A stretch of 64,000 nt of DNA from an uncultured Gemmatimonadales bacterium. Its GTDB lineage: Bacteria; Gemmatimonadota; Gemmatimonadetes; Longimicrobiales; RSA9. Positions 39,139 through 49,647 of this stretch are shown piece after piece (within the stretch, counting starts at the first letter, position 1; every line of letters begins with the position of its first letter). Location of the stretch: positions 2,656,001-2,720,000 of the forward strand of contig OY970192.1 in assembly GCA_963708135.1 (NCBI GenBank). Direction: 5' to 3'. The notes below the pieces were generated by a model, which was not told where the DNA came from, searched no databases, and was given only the letters and a program-made list of their open reading frames with translations. Both the position numbers and the translations under genes were made by a program.

Positions 39139-40380
39139 ATGAACCTCCCGGACAGCGCTTCCCCACGTCCTCTGCGCATCGCACAGGTCAGCTCCTTCTA
39201 CGCTCCTGCGAGGATCGGCGGCGCGGAGGTCTTCATCGAGGCGCTCGCGCAAGAGCTCGCCGCCCGCGGGCACAGCCTGGAGGTGTTCTGCACGGGCGAG
39301 CGCGAAGTGGACGAGGAAATGGACGGCATCGGGGTGCACCGGCGCCGCAACCGCAACCTGTACTGGCCGCCTACGGCCGGGGCTCCCTCCGCCGTGCGCC
39401 GGACGGCGTGGCAGCTGCGCGACCTGCACAACCCGGCCGCGGCCGCCGCGGCCGTGCGCGCTCTCGTGCGCTTCGAGCCGGACCTCGTGCACCTGCACCA
39501 GGTGGGCGGGCTGTCCTCGGCGCTCTACGGCGCGCTGCGGCGCGAGCTGCCGGGCGTCCCCGTCGTGCAGACGCTGCACGACTTCTGGCACGCTTGCGTG
39601 CGGCAGACGCTGCTCCACGACGGCCGCATCTGCACGCGACGCTGCGCGCCTTGCGTCGCCCGCGGGATGGTCACGCTGCGGGCGGCGCGGAGCGTCGATC
39701 GCTTCGTCTCGCCCTCGCATTTCCTCGCCGAGTGGTACGGCACGCGCGGGCTGCTTGCGGCGCACCGGTTCGAGGTGATCCCGTGCGGGATCCGCGTGCC
39801 CGTCGCGCCGGCCGAGGTTCGGGCGCACCGCGCGGCGCGGCGGCCGGGTCGCGTCCGGGCGCTCTTCCTGGGACAGCTGGTGCCGCACAAGGGGATCCGG
39901 ACGCTGCTGGAGGCGGCCCGCCGGGCTGGTGCCGCGTCCGTCGAGATCACGATCGCGGGCGCGGGTCCGCTCGAGGCGGAGGTGCGGGCCGCGCCGGACG
40001 TCCGGTTCGTGGGCCGCCTCGCCGGCGAGGAGAAGCGGCGCGCGCTGCTCGAGGCGGACGTGCTCGTCGTGCCGTCGGAATGGTACGAGAACCTCCCGAT
40101 CTCGGTGCTGGAAGGGCTTCATCACGGCCTCGCCATCGTGGCCAGCGGGATGGGCGGCCTGCCGGAGCTCGTCGCGCCGGGCGAGAACGGGTTGCTCGTG
40201 CCTCCGGCCGATCCCGACGCCCTGGCGGACGCCCTCGCGCGGGTGTCCTCGGGCGAGGAGGCGCTTCTCGGGTGGCAGCGCGCATCCCTGGAACGGGCGT
40301 CCGGCTTCACGATCGAGCACTCCGCGGAGCGATACCTCTCACTGTACCGCGCGCTGGGCGCGGGGCGGAGCCGGGGCTGA
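39139..40380 (+). CDS. GT4 glycosyltransferase, opposite orientation to the rest of the island
   Basis: GGAEVF, TLHDFW..C, SPSHFL, KGIRTL, PSEWYENLPISVLE, GGLPELV. Confidence 0.88.
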   Translation: MNLPDSASPRPLRIAQVSSFYAPARIGGAEVFIEALAQELAARGHSLEVFCTGEREVDEEMDGIGVHRRRNRNLYWPPTAGAPSAVRRTAWQLRDLHNPAAAAAAVRALVRFEPDLVHLHQVGGLSSALYGALRRELPGVPVVQTLHDFWHACVRQTLLHDGRICTRRCAPCVARGMVTLRAARSVDRFVSPSHFLAEWYGTRGLLAAHRFEVIPCGIRVPVAPAEVRAHRAARRPGRVRALFLGQLVPHKGIRTLLEAARRAGAASVEITIAGAGPLEAEVRAAPDVRFVGRLAGEEKRRALLEADVLVVPSEWYENLPISVLEGLHHGLAIVASGMGGLPELVAPGENGLLVPPADPDALADALARVSSGEEALLGWQRASLERASGFTIEHSAERYLSLYRALGAGRSRG

Positions 40381-41290
40381 CGCTCGCCTCCCACAGGCGG
40401 ATCCCGAGGAGGTAGGCGCCGCGGCCGAGGTGCGCGGCCGCCGCCTTGAGCAGGCGCCGCGGCGCCGGATCGAGGCGCAGGGCAAGGCGCAGGGCGGCGC
40501 GGCCGCGGCGGGCAGAGCCGCGCAGGATCTGCTCGTGGGCGACCGCCTCGTGCAGGTCCGCCCGCGCCACGCGCCCGGGGGTCGGCAGGGCGGCCGCGGC
40601 GCGCTCCAGCAGGCGTTCGCACGCACTCGCCATCGCGGGGCGGCGCGAAAGCAGGCTGCCGGGCGTGCGGAAGACGCGCGCCACCGGCCCCGGCACGTGG
40701 TGGAGACCGCCGGCCGCAGCGAGGCGGATCCAGAGGTCCCAGTCCTCGAGGGCGGGGAGCTCCTCGTCGAAGCAGCCCGCGCAGACGAGCGCCTCGCGCC
40801 GGACCAGCACGCACGGGACGCCGATGAAGTTGCCGCGCAGGAGCCGCCGGAGGGCGGCGTGCCCGTCGCGCGCATTCGCCCCGACGCGGCGCTCGCGGCC
40901 GTCGGTGCCGACCACGATCATCGGGCTGTACACGAGCGCCGCCTCCGGGCAGACACGGAAGCCGGCGAGCTGCCGCTCCAGCTTGTCCGGCAGCCACAGG
41001 TCATCGTCATCGTTGAAGGCGACGTACTCGCCGCGCGCGCCCTCGATCCCCCGGTTCCTCGCCCCCGCGAGCCCGGCGCGGCGGGGCAGGCGCAGGATGC
41101 GCACGCGGGGGTCCGCCGCCGCGAGCGCGGCCATCGCCTCCGGCGTGGCGTCGTCGGACGCATCGTCGACGAGGATCAGCTCCAGGTCGGCGGCGCTCTG
41201 GGCGAGCACGCTGCGGGCGGAGGCCGGCAGGAGCGCGGCGCGGTTGCGGGTCGCGATCACGACGGAGACGAGCGGTCCCGGAGCGGGCAC
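40307..41290 (-). CDS. GT2 glycosyltransferase
   Basis: VSVVIATRNR, VDDASDD, ARNRGI, FNDDDD, LEDWDLWIRL; GTG start inferred. Confidence 0.85.
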   Translation of the reverse strand: MPAPGPLVSVVIATRNRAALLPASARSVLAQSAADLELILVDDASDDATPEAMAALAAADPRVRILRLPRRAGLAGARNRGIEGARGEYVAFNDDDDLWLPDKLERQLAGFRVCPEAALVYSPMIVVGTDGRERRVGANARDGHAALRRLLRGNFIGVPCVLVRREALVCAGCFDEELPALEDWDLWIRLAAAGGLHHVPGPVARVFRTPGSLLSRRPAMASACERLLERAAAALPTPGRVARADLHEAVAHEQILRGSARRGRAALRLALRLDPAPRRLLKAAAAHLGRGAYLLGIRLWEASVSPGSAPRPARGTVRGIAPRSARS

Positions 41291-41292
41291 GG

Positions 41293-42244
41293 CTACGCCT
41301 CCGCTCGGCGGGGCGCCGCGTGGGCGGCGGCAGCCAGGTAGACGCGTGGACCGGCGAGGCCGCAGACCAGCGAGGCGAGCCCGCGCCAGGACGGCTCCAG
41401 CCCGAGCGAGCGCGCGAGCGAGGCGACGGCCGGCGCGTAGGCGCCCTCGCACATGAGCGTGTGCGCCACGCCGCGCAACACGAGCGAGCGCCGGTGCCGG
41501 TTCATCCCCGGCTCTCGGGCGTACTTGCCGCGCAGGATCTCGCCGGCGCGCACGAGCGCGTCCGTGCGGGTGGAGATGCCGCCGGCCAGCCAGCGGGTCG
41601 TGACCAGCGGCTCCGGCACGTACGCGAAGCCGCCGAGGCCCCAGAGGCGCAGCCAGAGGTCGAAGTCCTGGAGCCGCGGCAGCGCCTCGTCGAAGCCGCC
41701 CGCGCGCAGCAGCGCGTCGCGCCGGATGAGGAACGCGAACGGCCCGGGCAGGCCGTGCTTAAACAGGGCATCCTCGAAGCCGTCCGCGCCGGGTGGCAGG
41801 GTGCCGATCGTGCTCTCGCCACCGTCGCGCCCGACGACGAGGACGGGCGAGAAGCCGGCCACGTCGGTGGGGCCGACGCTGGCGAGCTGCCGCTCCAGCT
41901 TCTCCGGCACCCAGATGCAGTCGTCATCGCTGAACGCCACCCACACGCCGCTGCTCGCCGCGATGCCGCGGTTGCGAGCCGCCGCGGCACCGACACCGCG
42001 GTCGAGCCGCTCGAGGCGGACGCGCGCGTCGTCGCGGGCCAGCCGCGCCAGCCGGTCCGGCGTGTCGTCCGAGGAATGCATCGTCGACCACCACGACCTC
42101 CAGCCGCTCGTGCGTCTGGCCCAGCACGGACCGGAGCGTGCGCTCAAGCAGCGCCGCCCGGTCGCGCGTGGGGATCACGACCGAGACGAGCGGCACGACC
42201 GCCACGGGGCCGGCCCCCGCGGAGCGCGTGAACGCCGCCGTCAT
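41293..42244 (-). pseudogene. GT2 glycosyltransferase with a +1 frameshift at ~42076 (pseudogene or sequencing error)
   Basis: N-terminal MTAAF..VSVVIPTRDR..VVVVDDA is in one frame; SSDDTP..ARNRGI..FSDDDC..QDFDLWLRL is in another. GAT GCA T TCC TCG GAC carries one extra T. Confidence 0.75.
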
Positions 42245-43500
42245 CACGATCCCGCCTCCGCCGGCGCGAGGCCGGCCGCCACCCCTCGGTACAGCTCCGC
42301 GAGCCGGAGGTTCAGCGCGGCGACGTCGAACTCCGCCTCGATCCTCGCCCGCGCGGCGCGGCCCAGCACCGGCCAGCGCTCGGCGTGCGTGATCAGGGCG
42401 GTGAGCGCGGCGGAGAGCGCGCCTTCGTCGCCCTCCGGGACGAGCACGCCGGTCTCGCCGTCGCGCACGAGCTCGGGGATGCCGGCGTGCGCCGTGGAGA
42501 GCACCGGCGTGCCGCTCGCCATCGCCTCCATCAGAGCGACGGGGATCCCCTCTTCGTCGCCGTCGGACGCGGTGCGGCTGGGCAGGACGAAGAGGTGCGC
42601 CCGGCGGATCGCCTCCGCCACCTCGGGGTGCGGCAGCGCACCACGGAACTCGACGACGCCGTCGAGCCCGAGACGGCGGCTCTCGGCCTCGAGCGACTCC
42701 CGCAGTGGACCGGCGCCGACGACCTCGTAGCGGACCGGCGGCGCGGCGGCGCCGAGCACGGCGAGGGCGCGCAGCACGAGGTCGATTCCCTTCTTCTCGA
42801 CGAGGCGCGCGACGCTGAGCAGGCGCACGACGCCGTCCGCCGTGGGCTCGCGCGGCGAGAAGCGGAAGCGGGCCAGGTCGATGCCCATGCGGTGCACCAC
42901 GATGCGGGAGGGTGGGCAGCCCAGCGCGACCAGCCGTTCGCGACCGTGCTCGCCGACGGGCAGGAAGAGATCGCCGTCGCGGAAGAGGCCACGGTAGACG
43001 TCCGGGCCGTGCTCGCGGACGAACCGGCCCATGTCGTAGCCCTGCATCGTCGTGACGAGGGCGCCACGGAGCAGCCCGGCCCGGCGTAGCATCAGGGCCC
43101 GAAGCCCGCTCGGCCCGAAGTGGGCGTGTACGACGTCGAAGCGGCGCAGGCGGAACCCCAGGGCGCGGGCGTAACGGGGGATCGAGAGCGCGGCCGGCAG
43201 CCGGGGCGCGAGACTCCGCCACGCACGGGCGGCCGGAGCGGCGTCCTCCGCCGACAGCTCGCCGGCCGGATCGGAGCTCGCCGAAGCAGGTGCGGCCCCG
43301 TGGTGGACGAAGGTCACGCGGCGCTCGAGGCCGAGCCCGGCGAGCGCGGGGTCGCACGTCCAGTCTCCGGGCCGGTCCGACAGGACGCTCACGTCGTGGC
43401 CAAGCGAGAGCAGCCCCGCGACCTGGTTCGAGACGAAGGTCTCCGACACCGTCGGGAAACGCGAGACGACGAAGCAGATACGCAAGGGCGGGCCGCGCAT
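42244..43500 (-). CDS. GT4 glycosyltransferase (WcaL-like)
   Basis: FPTVSETFV, HAHFG, VARLVEKKG, PSRTASDGDEEGIPVALMEAMA. Confidence 0.88.
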   Translation of the reverse strand: MRGPPLRICFVVSRFPTVSETFVSNQVAGLLSLGHDVSVLSDRPGDWTCDPALAGLGLERRVTFVHHGAAPASASSDPAGELSAEDAAPAARAWRSLAPRLPAALSIPRYARALGFRLRRFDVVHAHFGPSGLRALMLRRAGLLRGALVTTMQGYDMGRFVREHGPDVYRGLFRDGDLFLPVGEHGRERLVALGCPPSRIVVHRMGIDLARFRFSPREPTADGVVRLLSVARLVEKKGIDLVLRALAVLGAAAPPVRYEVVGAGPLRESLEAESRRLGLDGVVEFRGALPHPEVAEAIRRAHLFVLPSRTASDGDEEGIPVALMEAMASGTPVLSTAHAGIPELVRDGETGVLVPEGDEGALSAALTALITHAERWPVLGRAARARIEAEFDVAALNLRLAELYRGVAAGLAPAEAGS

Positions 43501-43501
43501 C

Positions 43502-44221
43502 TCAGCGCGCCTCGCGGAGGAGTGTGGCCACGAAGATCCCCTGGCCGCAGACGGCTGGATCGACCCGCCGGGCAGCCCGCACGCTCCCCAGCATTCCCGC
43601 CTCGCCGTGCGCGAGATGGCGTACGCGCAACGGACGAAATCCGCGCGAAAACAGACGCGCAACGCTCTCCCAGGACAGCCGCACGGGCTCCAGCAGCGTG
43701 GGCGGACGCCCGATGTCCACCATTAGGAGGAAATGCCCGCCCGGGCGGAGCACGCGGCGGATCTCACTGACCGTGGGCTCGAGAGCGTCCACATGGTCCA
43801 GGGCATTGCATGAGACGACAATGTCGAAGGCGGCATCGCAAAACGGTATCGCGCTCGCGGACGCGGCGGCATAATCCATTGCATGCTCGGTGCTGCCGAG
43901 CCGCCGATACTCCCACGCCAGCGGATCGAGGCCCACGCGCACCGCTGCGCCGGTGGCCCACTCGAGGCTACCCCGGGGTCCGCAACCGAGGTCGAGCACT
44001 CGTGCGCCGTCATACAGGTCGCGCTCGATGCCGAAGGGGCGCGTCATGAGGAAGGCATAGTGGCCGTTCGCGAGCACACCTTCGCGTTCCCTCCGCGCCT
44101 GCCAATACCTGAGCTCGCCGAGCCGCTTCGTGCGGAGTGGATCGAGGCGCAGCAGCCGCCGAATCGGGACCCGATCGCCGACCCACGAGAGGAGGCGCCG
44201 GACGGAGCTCACGGGCGTCAT
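43502..44221 (-). CDS. Class I SAM-dependent methyltransferase
   Basis: VLDLGCGPRG, FDIV..NALDHV, RVLRPGG. Confidence 0.8.
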   Translation of the reverse strand: MTPVSSVRRLLSWVGDRVPIRRLLRLDPLRTKRLGELRYWQARREREGVLANGHYAFLMTRPFGIERDLYDGARVLDLGCGPRGSLEWATGAAVRVGLDPLAWEYRRLGSTEHAMDYAAASASAIPFCDAAFDIVVSCNALDHVDALEPTVSEIRRVLRPGGHFLLMVDIGRPPTLLEPVRLSWESVARLFSRGFRPLRVRHLAHGEAGMLGSVRAARRVDPAVCGQGIFVATLLREAR

Positions 44222-44322
44222 TGGGTAGCTCCCCGCAGCAGAACGGGTCCAGGGGCCGTGCGCACGCCGCAGGCGCCTTCGAGCCCGGATACGGAGTTTC
44301 CCACCGGCATCAGGGCGTCATC

Positions 44323-45876
44323 TTAACGGAGATCCCAGTCCAGGGGGAGGCGTGCTCGCGCCAGCCACCATTTCGCAAGCGGCCGCGCCCAGCGCACCGG
44401 CACCGAGTCGCCGGGCGCGGCGGCGAGGGCGCGTAGGCCGTCCGCGCCGAGCGAGCCCGTGGCCAGGAGCAGCAGCGGCAGGGCGGCGGCGAGGAGCCAG
44501 CGCCAGAGCCGCGCGTCCGGGGCAAGCGCGAGGAGCGCAACCGTCAGCACGGCGGGCAGCGCCAGGCGCACGGGCGGCGCGGCCAGCGCGCGGCGCGGGA
44601 TCGTCGAGATGCGCGGCAGGTGGACCCAGAAGAGGAGCAGCCCGCCCGCGAAGTAGGCGACCTCGACGGCCGCCGCGCCGGCGGCGCCCGCCGCCACCAC
44701 CGCCACCGGCATCAGCAGGAGCATCGGCACGAGCCGGAGCACCATCAGGCGGAGCAGCACCGGCGTGCGCTCGCGGACGTAGTAGAACGTCCCCCAGACG
44801 TTCGTCATGAGTCGGAACGGCAGCTGGAAGGCGTAGATCTGGAGCACGGGCACCGCGGGCGCGAAGCCGGCCCCGCCGACGATCTGGATGACATCGGGCG
44901 CGAGGACGAACAGGCCGAGGCCGGCGAGGAGCCCGAGCGGCCCCACCCACGCGGCCACCGCGGCGAGCGCGGCCCCGAGGCGCGGCTCGGCCTCGGCCTC
45001 GCTCCACTCGGAGAGGGTCGGCACGAGCACCACGCGGAACTGGCCGAGCACCCCCGAGACCTGCTCGATCAGGTTCTTGGCGAGCGAGAAGTAGCCGACC
45101 ACGGCCACCGGCGCGAGCGCGCCGAGGATCACCCGGGCGGCATGACGGTAGGCCAGCTCTGCGGCCGAGTTGCCCCACAGTGGCCAGGTATAGCGCCAGA
45201 GCCGGCCGAGGTCCTCGCGGGGCGCAGGGGCAGCTGCGGCAGGTCCCGATGTGGCCGCCGCGAGTGCGCGGGCGGCCGCACCCAGAAAGGCGCCGGCCGC
45301 GGCGAGGTGCAGCCCCATGCTGAGCGCGAAGAAGGTCGGCAGGTCCAGGTCGAGGACGACGGTGAGCACGGCCAGCAGCAGGGCCACCGCGCTGGAGAGC
45401 AGACCAAAGAGAGCCGGCATGCCGAAGCGGCCGAGCCCGAGGAAGGTGCCGGCCGCGACGGCCTCGGCGGCGAGCGCGAACAGCAGCAGCGCGCCGACGC
45501 GGAGCAGGAACGCCGGCAGCACGCCGCCGGCGTAGTCACGCGTCAACACGGGCGCCACGAAGAAGAGGGCGCCGGCCACCAGCAGGGCGAGCGTGAGTCG
45601 TGCCGAAAGCACCAAAGCGAACAGGTGGCGCGCGGAGCGGTGCTCGCCCCGCGCGACGCGCTCGGGGAGGAACCGGCGGAGCGCCTCCTCGGAGCTGCCC
45701 GTGGCGATGGCGCAGAGCCCGACCACCCCGAGCGCCAGCATGTAGACGCCGAACCCCGCCGGCCCGAAGTGACGCACGAGCAGCACGGCAGAAAGCAGTG
45801 CGGCCAGGCCGCTCGCGACCTGCCGCAGCGCCAGGTACGAGACGCCGGCGAACACCTTCTCAGCCGCGGAAGCCAT
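44323..45876 (-). CDS. Wzx-like (MOP superfamily) oligosaccharide flippase
   Basis: About 13 TM segments; LVRHFGPAGFGVY, VGYFSLA, AVPVLQIY; ATG at 45876. Confidence 0.78.
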   Translation of the reverse strand: MASAAEKVFAGVSYLALRQVASGLAALLSAVLLVRHFGPAGFGVYMLALGVVGLCAIATGSSEEALRRFLPERVARGEHRSARHLFALVLSARLTLALLVAGALFFVAPVLTRDYAGGVLPAFLLRVGALLLFALAAEAVAAGTFLGLGRFGMPALFGLLSSAVALLLAVLTVVLDLDLPTFFALSMGLHLAAAGAFLGAAARALAAATSGPAAAAPAPREDLGRLWRYTWPLWGNSAAELAYRHAARVILGALAPVAVVGYFSLAKNLIEQVSGVLGQFRVVLVPTLSEWSEAEAEPRLGAALAAVAAWVGPLGLLAGLGLFVLAPDVIQIVGGAGFAPAVPVLQIYAFQLPFRLMTNVWGTFYYVRERTPVLLRLMVLRLVPMLLLMPVAVVAAGAAGAAAVEVAYFAGGLLLFWVHLPRISTIPRRALAAPPVRLALPAVLTVALLALAPDARLWRWLLAAALPLLLLATGSLGADGLRALAAAPGDSVPVRWARPLAKWWLARARLPLDWDLR

Positions 45877-46678
45877 TGCCGTCACCGAACAGAAGTGCGC
45901 CGATCCAGCGGCGCGACGCGGCCGCCTGCGCGGCCGATCGGACGAGCGCCGCGCGCGTCCCGCGCACCGCGAGGTCGTGCCACGCCGCGAGGAGGTAGCG
46001 CGTCCCGGCCGGGATGCGGTCGGCGTAGTAGGCGTCGAAGGACGCGGACAGCTCCGGGCACAGATCCCGCACGCGCCGTCGCACGCGCCGGGTCGTGTAC
46101 TTGAAGAGCGGCGCGCTCCGGACGTCGCGGCCCTGGACGTTGCCGAAGCCCCAGCCACGCCGGTAGTGGTCGGCGCACCAGGGGCTCAGGCGGCTGTTTA
46201 AGGCGAGGATCTCCTCCTGGCCGCGCGGGAAGCCGTAGTACGCCTCGTCGGCGCTCACGCCAATGCCGCGCAGCGCCGCCACCGTCTCGTCGGTCTCCCG
46301 CACGAAGTCCTCGTAGCGCAGCACGAGGTCGAAGCGGGCGCGCTCATGGTAGCACGCCTCCAGCCGGGCGAACTTCTCGTCCACCGGTCCGCCCTGCTCC
46401 GCGTACTCCTTGCGGGCGAGCGCCATGTAATTCTGCGCCGGATCGCGCAGGACCAGAATCGTCCGGTCCGGATGGAAGCTGCGCGCGTGGTCGTCGAAGG
46501 CGTAGCGCGTGGTCACCACGCACTTGGCCACGACGTGCGCCGCGCCGGGGGCGTCGAGAGGCGGCACGAGCTCGCCGTTGTGCACATCGACCACGCCCAC
46601 GGTGTCGGCCGCCTGGGCCAGCCAGAACGCCACCAGCGACGCGCCGCTGGACTGCATGCCGTAGAGGAGGACGCGCAT
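45860..46678 (-). CDS. Sulfotransferase-like P-loop protein
   Basis: LLYGMQSSGASLV (5'-PSB-like), ILVLRDP (3'-PB-like), VLRYEDF. Confidence 0.65.
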   Translation of the reverse strand: MRVLLYGMQSSGASLVAFWLAQAADTVGVVDVHNGELVPPLDAPGAAHVVAKCVVTTRYAFDDHARSFHPDRTILVLRDPAQNYMALARKEYAEQGGPVDEKFARLEACYHERARFDLVLRYEDFVRETDETVAALRGIGVSADEAYYGFPRGQEEILALNSRLSPWCADHYRRGWGFGNVQGRDVRSAPLFKYTTRRVRRRVRDLCPELSASFDAYYADRIPAGTRYLLAAWHDLAVRGTRAALVRSAAQAAASRRWIGALLFGDGNGFRG

Positions 46679-46680
46679 GC

Positions 46681-47580
46681 TCAGGCGCTCCGCTTCTCCG
46701 GCTCCTTCACCCGCCCGCGCTCCACCGTGCGCGTCCGCCGCCCCGCCTGGAACCCCGCCCACCGCACGAACTCGTACGCCAGCAGCTGCGGCAGCCGGTG
46801 CACGTGGCCCTGCCTCACGAAGTAGACGATCTCGCCGGAGAGGAAGCGCGCGGACTCGCGCAGCGTCGCGCCGCCGTCGATGCCGTAGCTCTCTAGGGCG
46901 TGGCCGATCAGGTAGGTGCGCCGGAACAGCCCGCGCATGGTGTAGCTGTGGGCGTGGAGCGCCTCGGCGGCGGGCTCGTAGCGCAGCGAGTAGCCGGCGC
47001 GGAGCACCTGGTGCGCCCAGATCACGTCCTCGGTGTAGGGCGCCTCCTCGGGGAACGGCACGGCGAGGGCGACGTCGCGGCGGAGCGCGCTGAAGGCGTT
47101 GGAGAAGAGCACGCGCCCCGGCCGCGGGTGATGCCCGCCGGGCCGCGGGTCGAAGCGCAGCGGCGTCTCCGGGTAGTTCAGGGCGACGAAGAACATCTCC
47201 ATGGTGTTCGCGTCGCGGGGGACCTGTCGGCCGTAGACGCCGGCGACGGCCGGATCCTCGAGCGCGGCGGCGAAGCGCAGCGGCCAGTCGGGCGTGCACG
47301 GGAGCACGTCGTGGGTGATGAAGCAGACGATGTCGCCGGAGGCGAGACGGACGCCGAGGTTGCGCGTGCGGCCGTGGCCGAACTCGGAGGGCGGGATCCG
47401 GTGCACCCGGAAGCCGGCGCGCTCGGAGTCCTCGGCCGTGGCATCGCTCGAGCCGGAATCGATGACGAGCACCTCGAGGTCGTAGCGGTCGCGCACGTGC
47501 TCGAGGTGGCGGCGCAGATGGGCGTACACCGGGCCTCCGTCCTTCACCGGCAGCACCACCGAGATCGAGGGCCGGGGCAT
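46681..47580 (-). CDS. GT2 glycosyltransferase (rhamnosyltransferase-like)
   Basis: SVVLPVKDG, IDSGSSD, EFGHGRTRNLG, GVYGRQVP, FSNAFS, EDVIWA, HAHSY. Confidence 0.85.
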   Translation of the reverse strand: MPRPSISVVLPVKDGGPVYAHLRRHLEHVRDRYDLEVLVIDSGSSDATAEDSERAGFRVHRIPPSEFGHGRTRNLGVRLASGDIVCFITHDVLPCTPDWPLRFAAALEDPAVAGVYGRQVPRDANTMEMFFVALNYPETPLRFDPRPGGHHPRPGRVLFSNAFSALRRDVALAVPFPEEAPYTEDVIWAHQVLRAGYSLRYEPAAEALHAHSYTMRGLFRRTYLIGHALESYGIDGGATLRESARFLSGEIVYFVRQGHVHRLPQLLAYEFVRWAGFQAGRRTRTVERGRVKEPEKRSA

Positions 47581-48761
47581 CAGATCCTGCCGAAGCCCGC
47601 AGAGCGCAGCACGCTCAGGAAGAAGGAGGCGAAGACGACGTCGGCGCCGAGGACCATGAGGGTGAGCGCCAGGAGGGCGGGCCGGACGGCGAAGATGTAG
47701 CCGGCACCCGAAGTCACCCAGCTCGAGAGGATGTAGATGTTGATGGCGAGCCCGGCGCCGAAGAGGAGGCCACCGAGCGTGACGCCGCGCTCGAGCGTGT
47801 AGTGCAGGTGGAAGCGGTGGATCCACAGGTCGTCCACGCCGGGCCCGTGCACGAGCGCGTAGGTCTTCGCGTAGAGCCCGAGCAGGATGAGCTGGAAGCC
47901 GAACATCGCCAGCGCGCCGCCCACGAACATGAAGTGGTAGTCGAAGCGCAGCGGGCCCAGGCGTAGCGGCCCAGGCAGCAGCGCCAGCTCGGCGAGCATC
48001 CCGATGCCGAGGAGCAGCATGCCGGGGATCAGGAAGAGGCGAGTCGGGCTGAGCAGCAGGAGCTGCCGCGCCACGCGCCAGCCATCGCCCATGGCGCGGC
48101 GGGGGGTCCCCGCCGGCCGCGGGCCGAAGCGGACCGGCACCTCGACCACCTCGAGGCGCGCGCGCGCCGCCTCGAGCAGCATCTCGCTGGCGAACTCCAT
48201 GCCCGTGGCACCCAGGTCGAGGCGGGGGAGCACGTCGCGGCGCACGGCGCGCATGCCGCAGCGGACATCGGAGACCTTGAAGCGGAGGAATCGGCGCGAG
48301 AGCCAGTTCTGCACCGGCTCCAGCAGGTGCCGGTGGTGGGCGCCCATCGCGCGCGGCAGCATGAGCCCGTCGCGGCGGGTGCCGAGCACCAGCTCGTAGC
48401 CGGCGCGCAGCGGCTCGATGAAGCGAGGAAGCGCGGAGAGGTCGTAGGTGCCATCGCCATCGGCCAGCACGAGGTACTGCCCGCCCGCGGCCTCGAGCCC
48501 GCGCAGGCAGGCGGCGCCGTAGCCGCGGATCGGCTGCCGGACGACCATGGCGCCCGCGGCGGCCGCCGCCTCGGCGGAGCCGTCCGTCGAGCCGTTGTCG
48601 CAGACGACGACCTCGCCCGCGTAACCCGCGTCGGCCATGACCGTCACCGCGTCGCGAACGCACCCGGCGATCGTCGCCGCCTCGTTGCGGCACGGGATGA
48701 CGACGGAGACCTCGACGGCTCCCGTGGGGACGGGAGGCGTGATGCGCGCGTCCTGGCTCAC
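47580..48761 (-). CDS. GT2 DPM1/Ppm1-like synthase with C-terminal TM helices
   Basis: VIPCRNEA, DNGSTDGS, RGYGAA, DGDGTYD, GMEFASEM, DGWR, four C-terminal TMs. Confidence 0.85.
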   Translation of the reverse strand: MSQDARITPPVPTGAVEVSVVIPCRNEAATIAGCVRDAVTVMADAGYAGEVVVCDNGSTDGSAEAAAAAGAMVVRQPIRGYGAACLRGLEAAGGQYLVLADGDGTYDLSALPRFIEPLRAGYELVLGTRRDGLMLPRAMGAHHRHLLEPVQNWLSRRFLRFKVSDVRCGMRAVRRDVLPRLDLGATGMEFASEMLLEAARARLEVVEVPVRFGPRPAGTPRRAMGDGWRVARQLLLLSPTRLFLIPGMLLLGIGMLAELALLPGPLRLGPLRFDYHFMFVGGALAMFGFQLILLGLYAKTYALVHGPGVDDLWIHRFHLHYTLERGVTLGGLLFGAGLAINIYILSSWVTSGAGYIFAVRPALLALTLMVLGADVVFASFFLSVLRSAGFGRI

Positions 48762-49647
48762 GGGTGGAAGCCGGGCGGGGCGGGTGCCGGGCGGGCGCGC
48801 CGATCGCGGGCGTCGGCGGCGGGACCATCGCCATCATTGAGCTCGACCGAACGCGACGCGGAGCGAGCCTCGAGGGTCGTGCGCGGTGCCTTCGGTCGGG
48901 TCTCGAGCGCGCGCTCCTCGCCCGCGGCGCGGAACGGCCGTGCGCGCGGGGCGAGCAGATTGTGCCGCAGGATGTGCCAGAAGGCGGCCACGCCATCCTT
49001 CCAGCTGATCTTCTTGCCCTCCGCGTAGGTGCGGCCGCTGTAGCTGATGGGCAACTCGAAGATGCGGGCGCGCGCCTGGGCGAGGCGGGCGGTCAGCTCA
49101 GGCTCGATGCCGAACCGATTCGAGACCAGCGGGAGCGAGGCGAGCAGATCGGCGCGCACCATCTTGTAGCACGTCTCCATGTCCGTCAGGTTCAGGTCCG
49201 TGAGCATGTTGGAGACGAGCGTGAGGAGGCCGTTGCCCACGCTGTGCCAGAAGTAGAGCACGCGGTGCGGTCCACCCAGGAAGCGGCTGCCGAAGACGGC
49301 GTCGGCGCGCCCGTCCAGGATGGGCTCCATCAGGCGGGGCAGGTCGTCCGGGTCATACTCGAGGTCAGCATCCTGGATAACGATGATGTCCCCCGTGGCG
49401 CGCGCGATCCCGGTGCGCACGGCGGCGCCCTTGCCGCGGTTCTCCGGGTGCACCTCGAGTACGTCGATGACGTCGCGGTCGAGCAGCGACTGGAGCACCT
49501 GGCGGGTGCCATCGCGGGAGGCATCATCGACGCAAACGATCTCGATATCGAGCGGGACGGCACGAACGCGTCCCACCGCGCGCGCCACCGTCTGCTCCTC
49601 GTTGTAGACCGGCATGATGACGCTCAGCCGGACATCGTTCCAACGGA

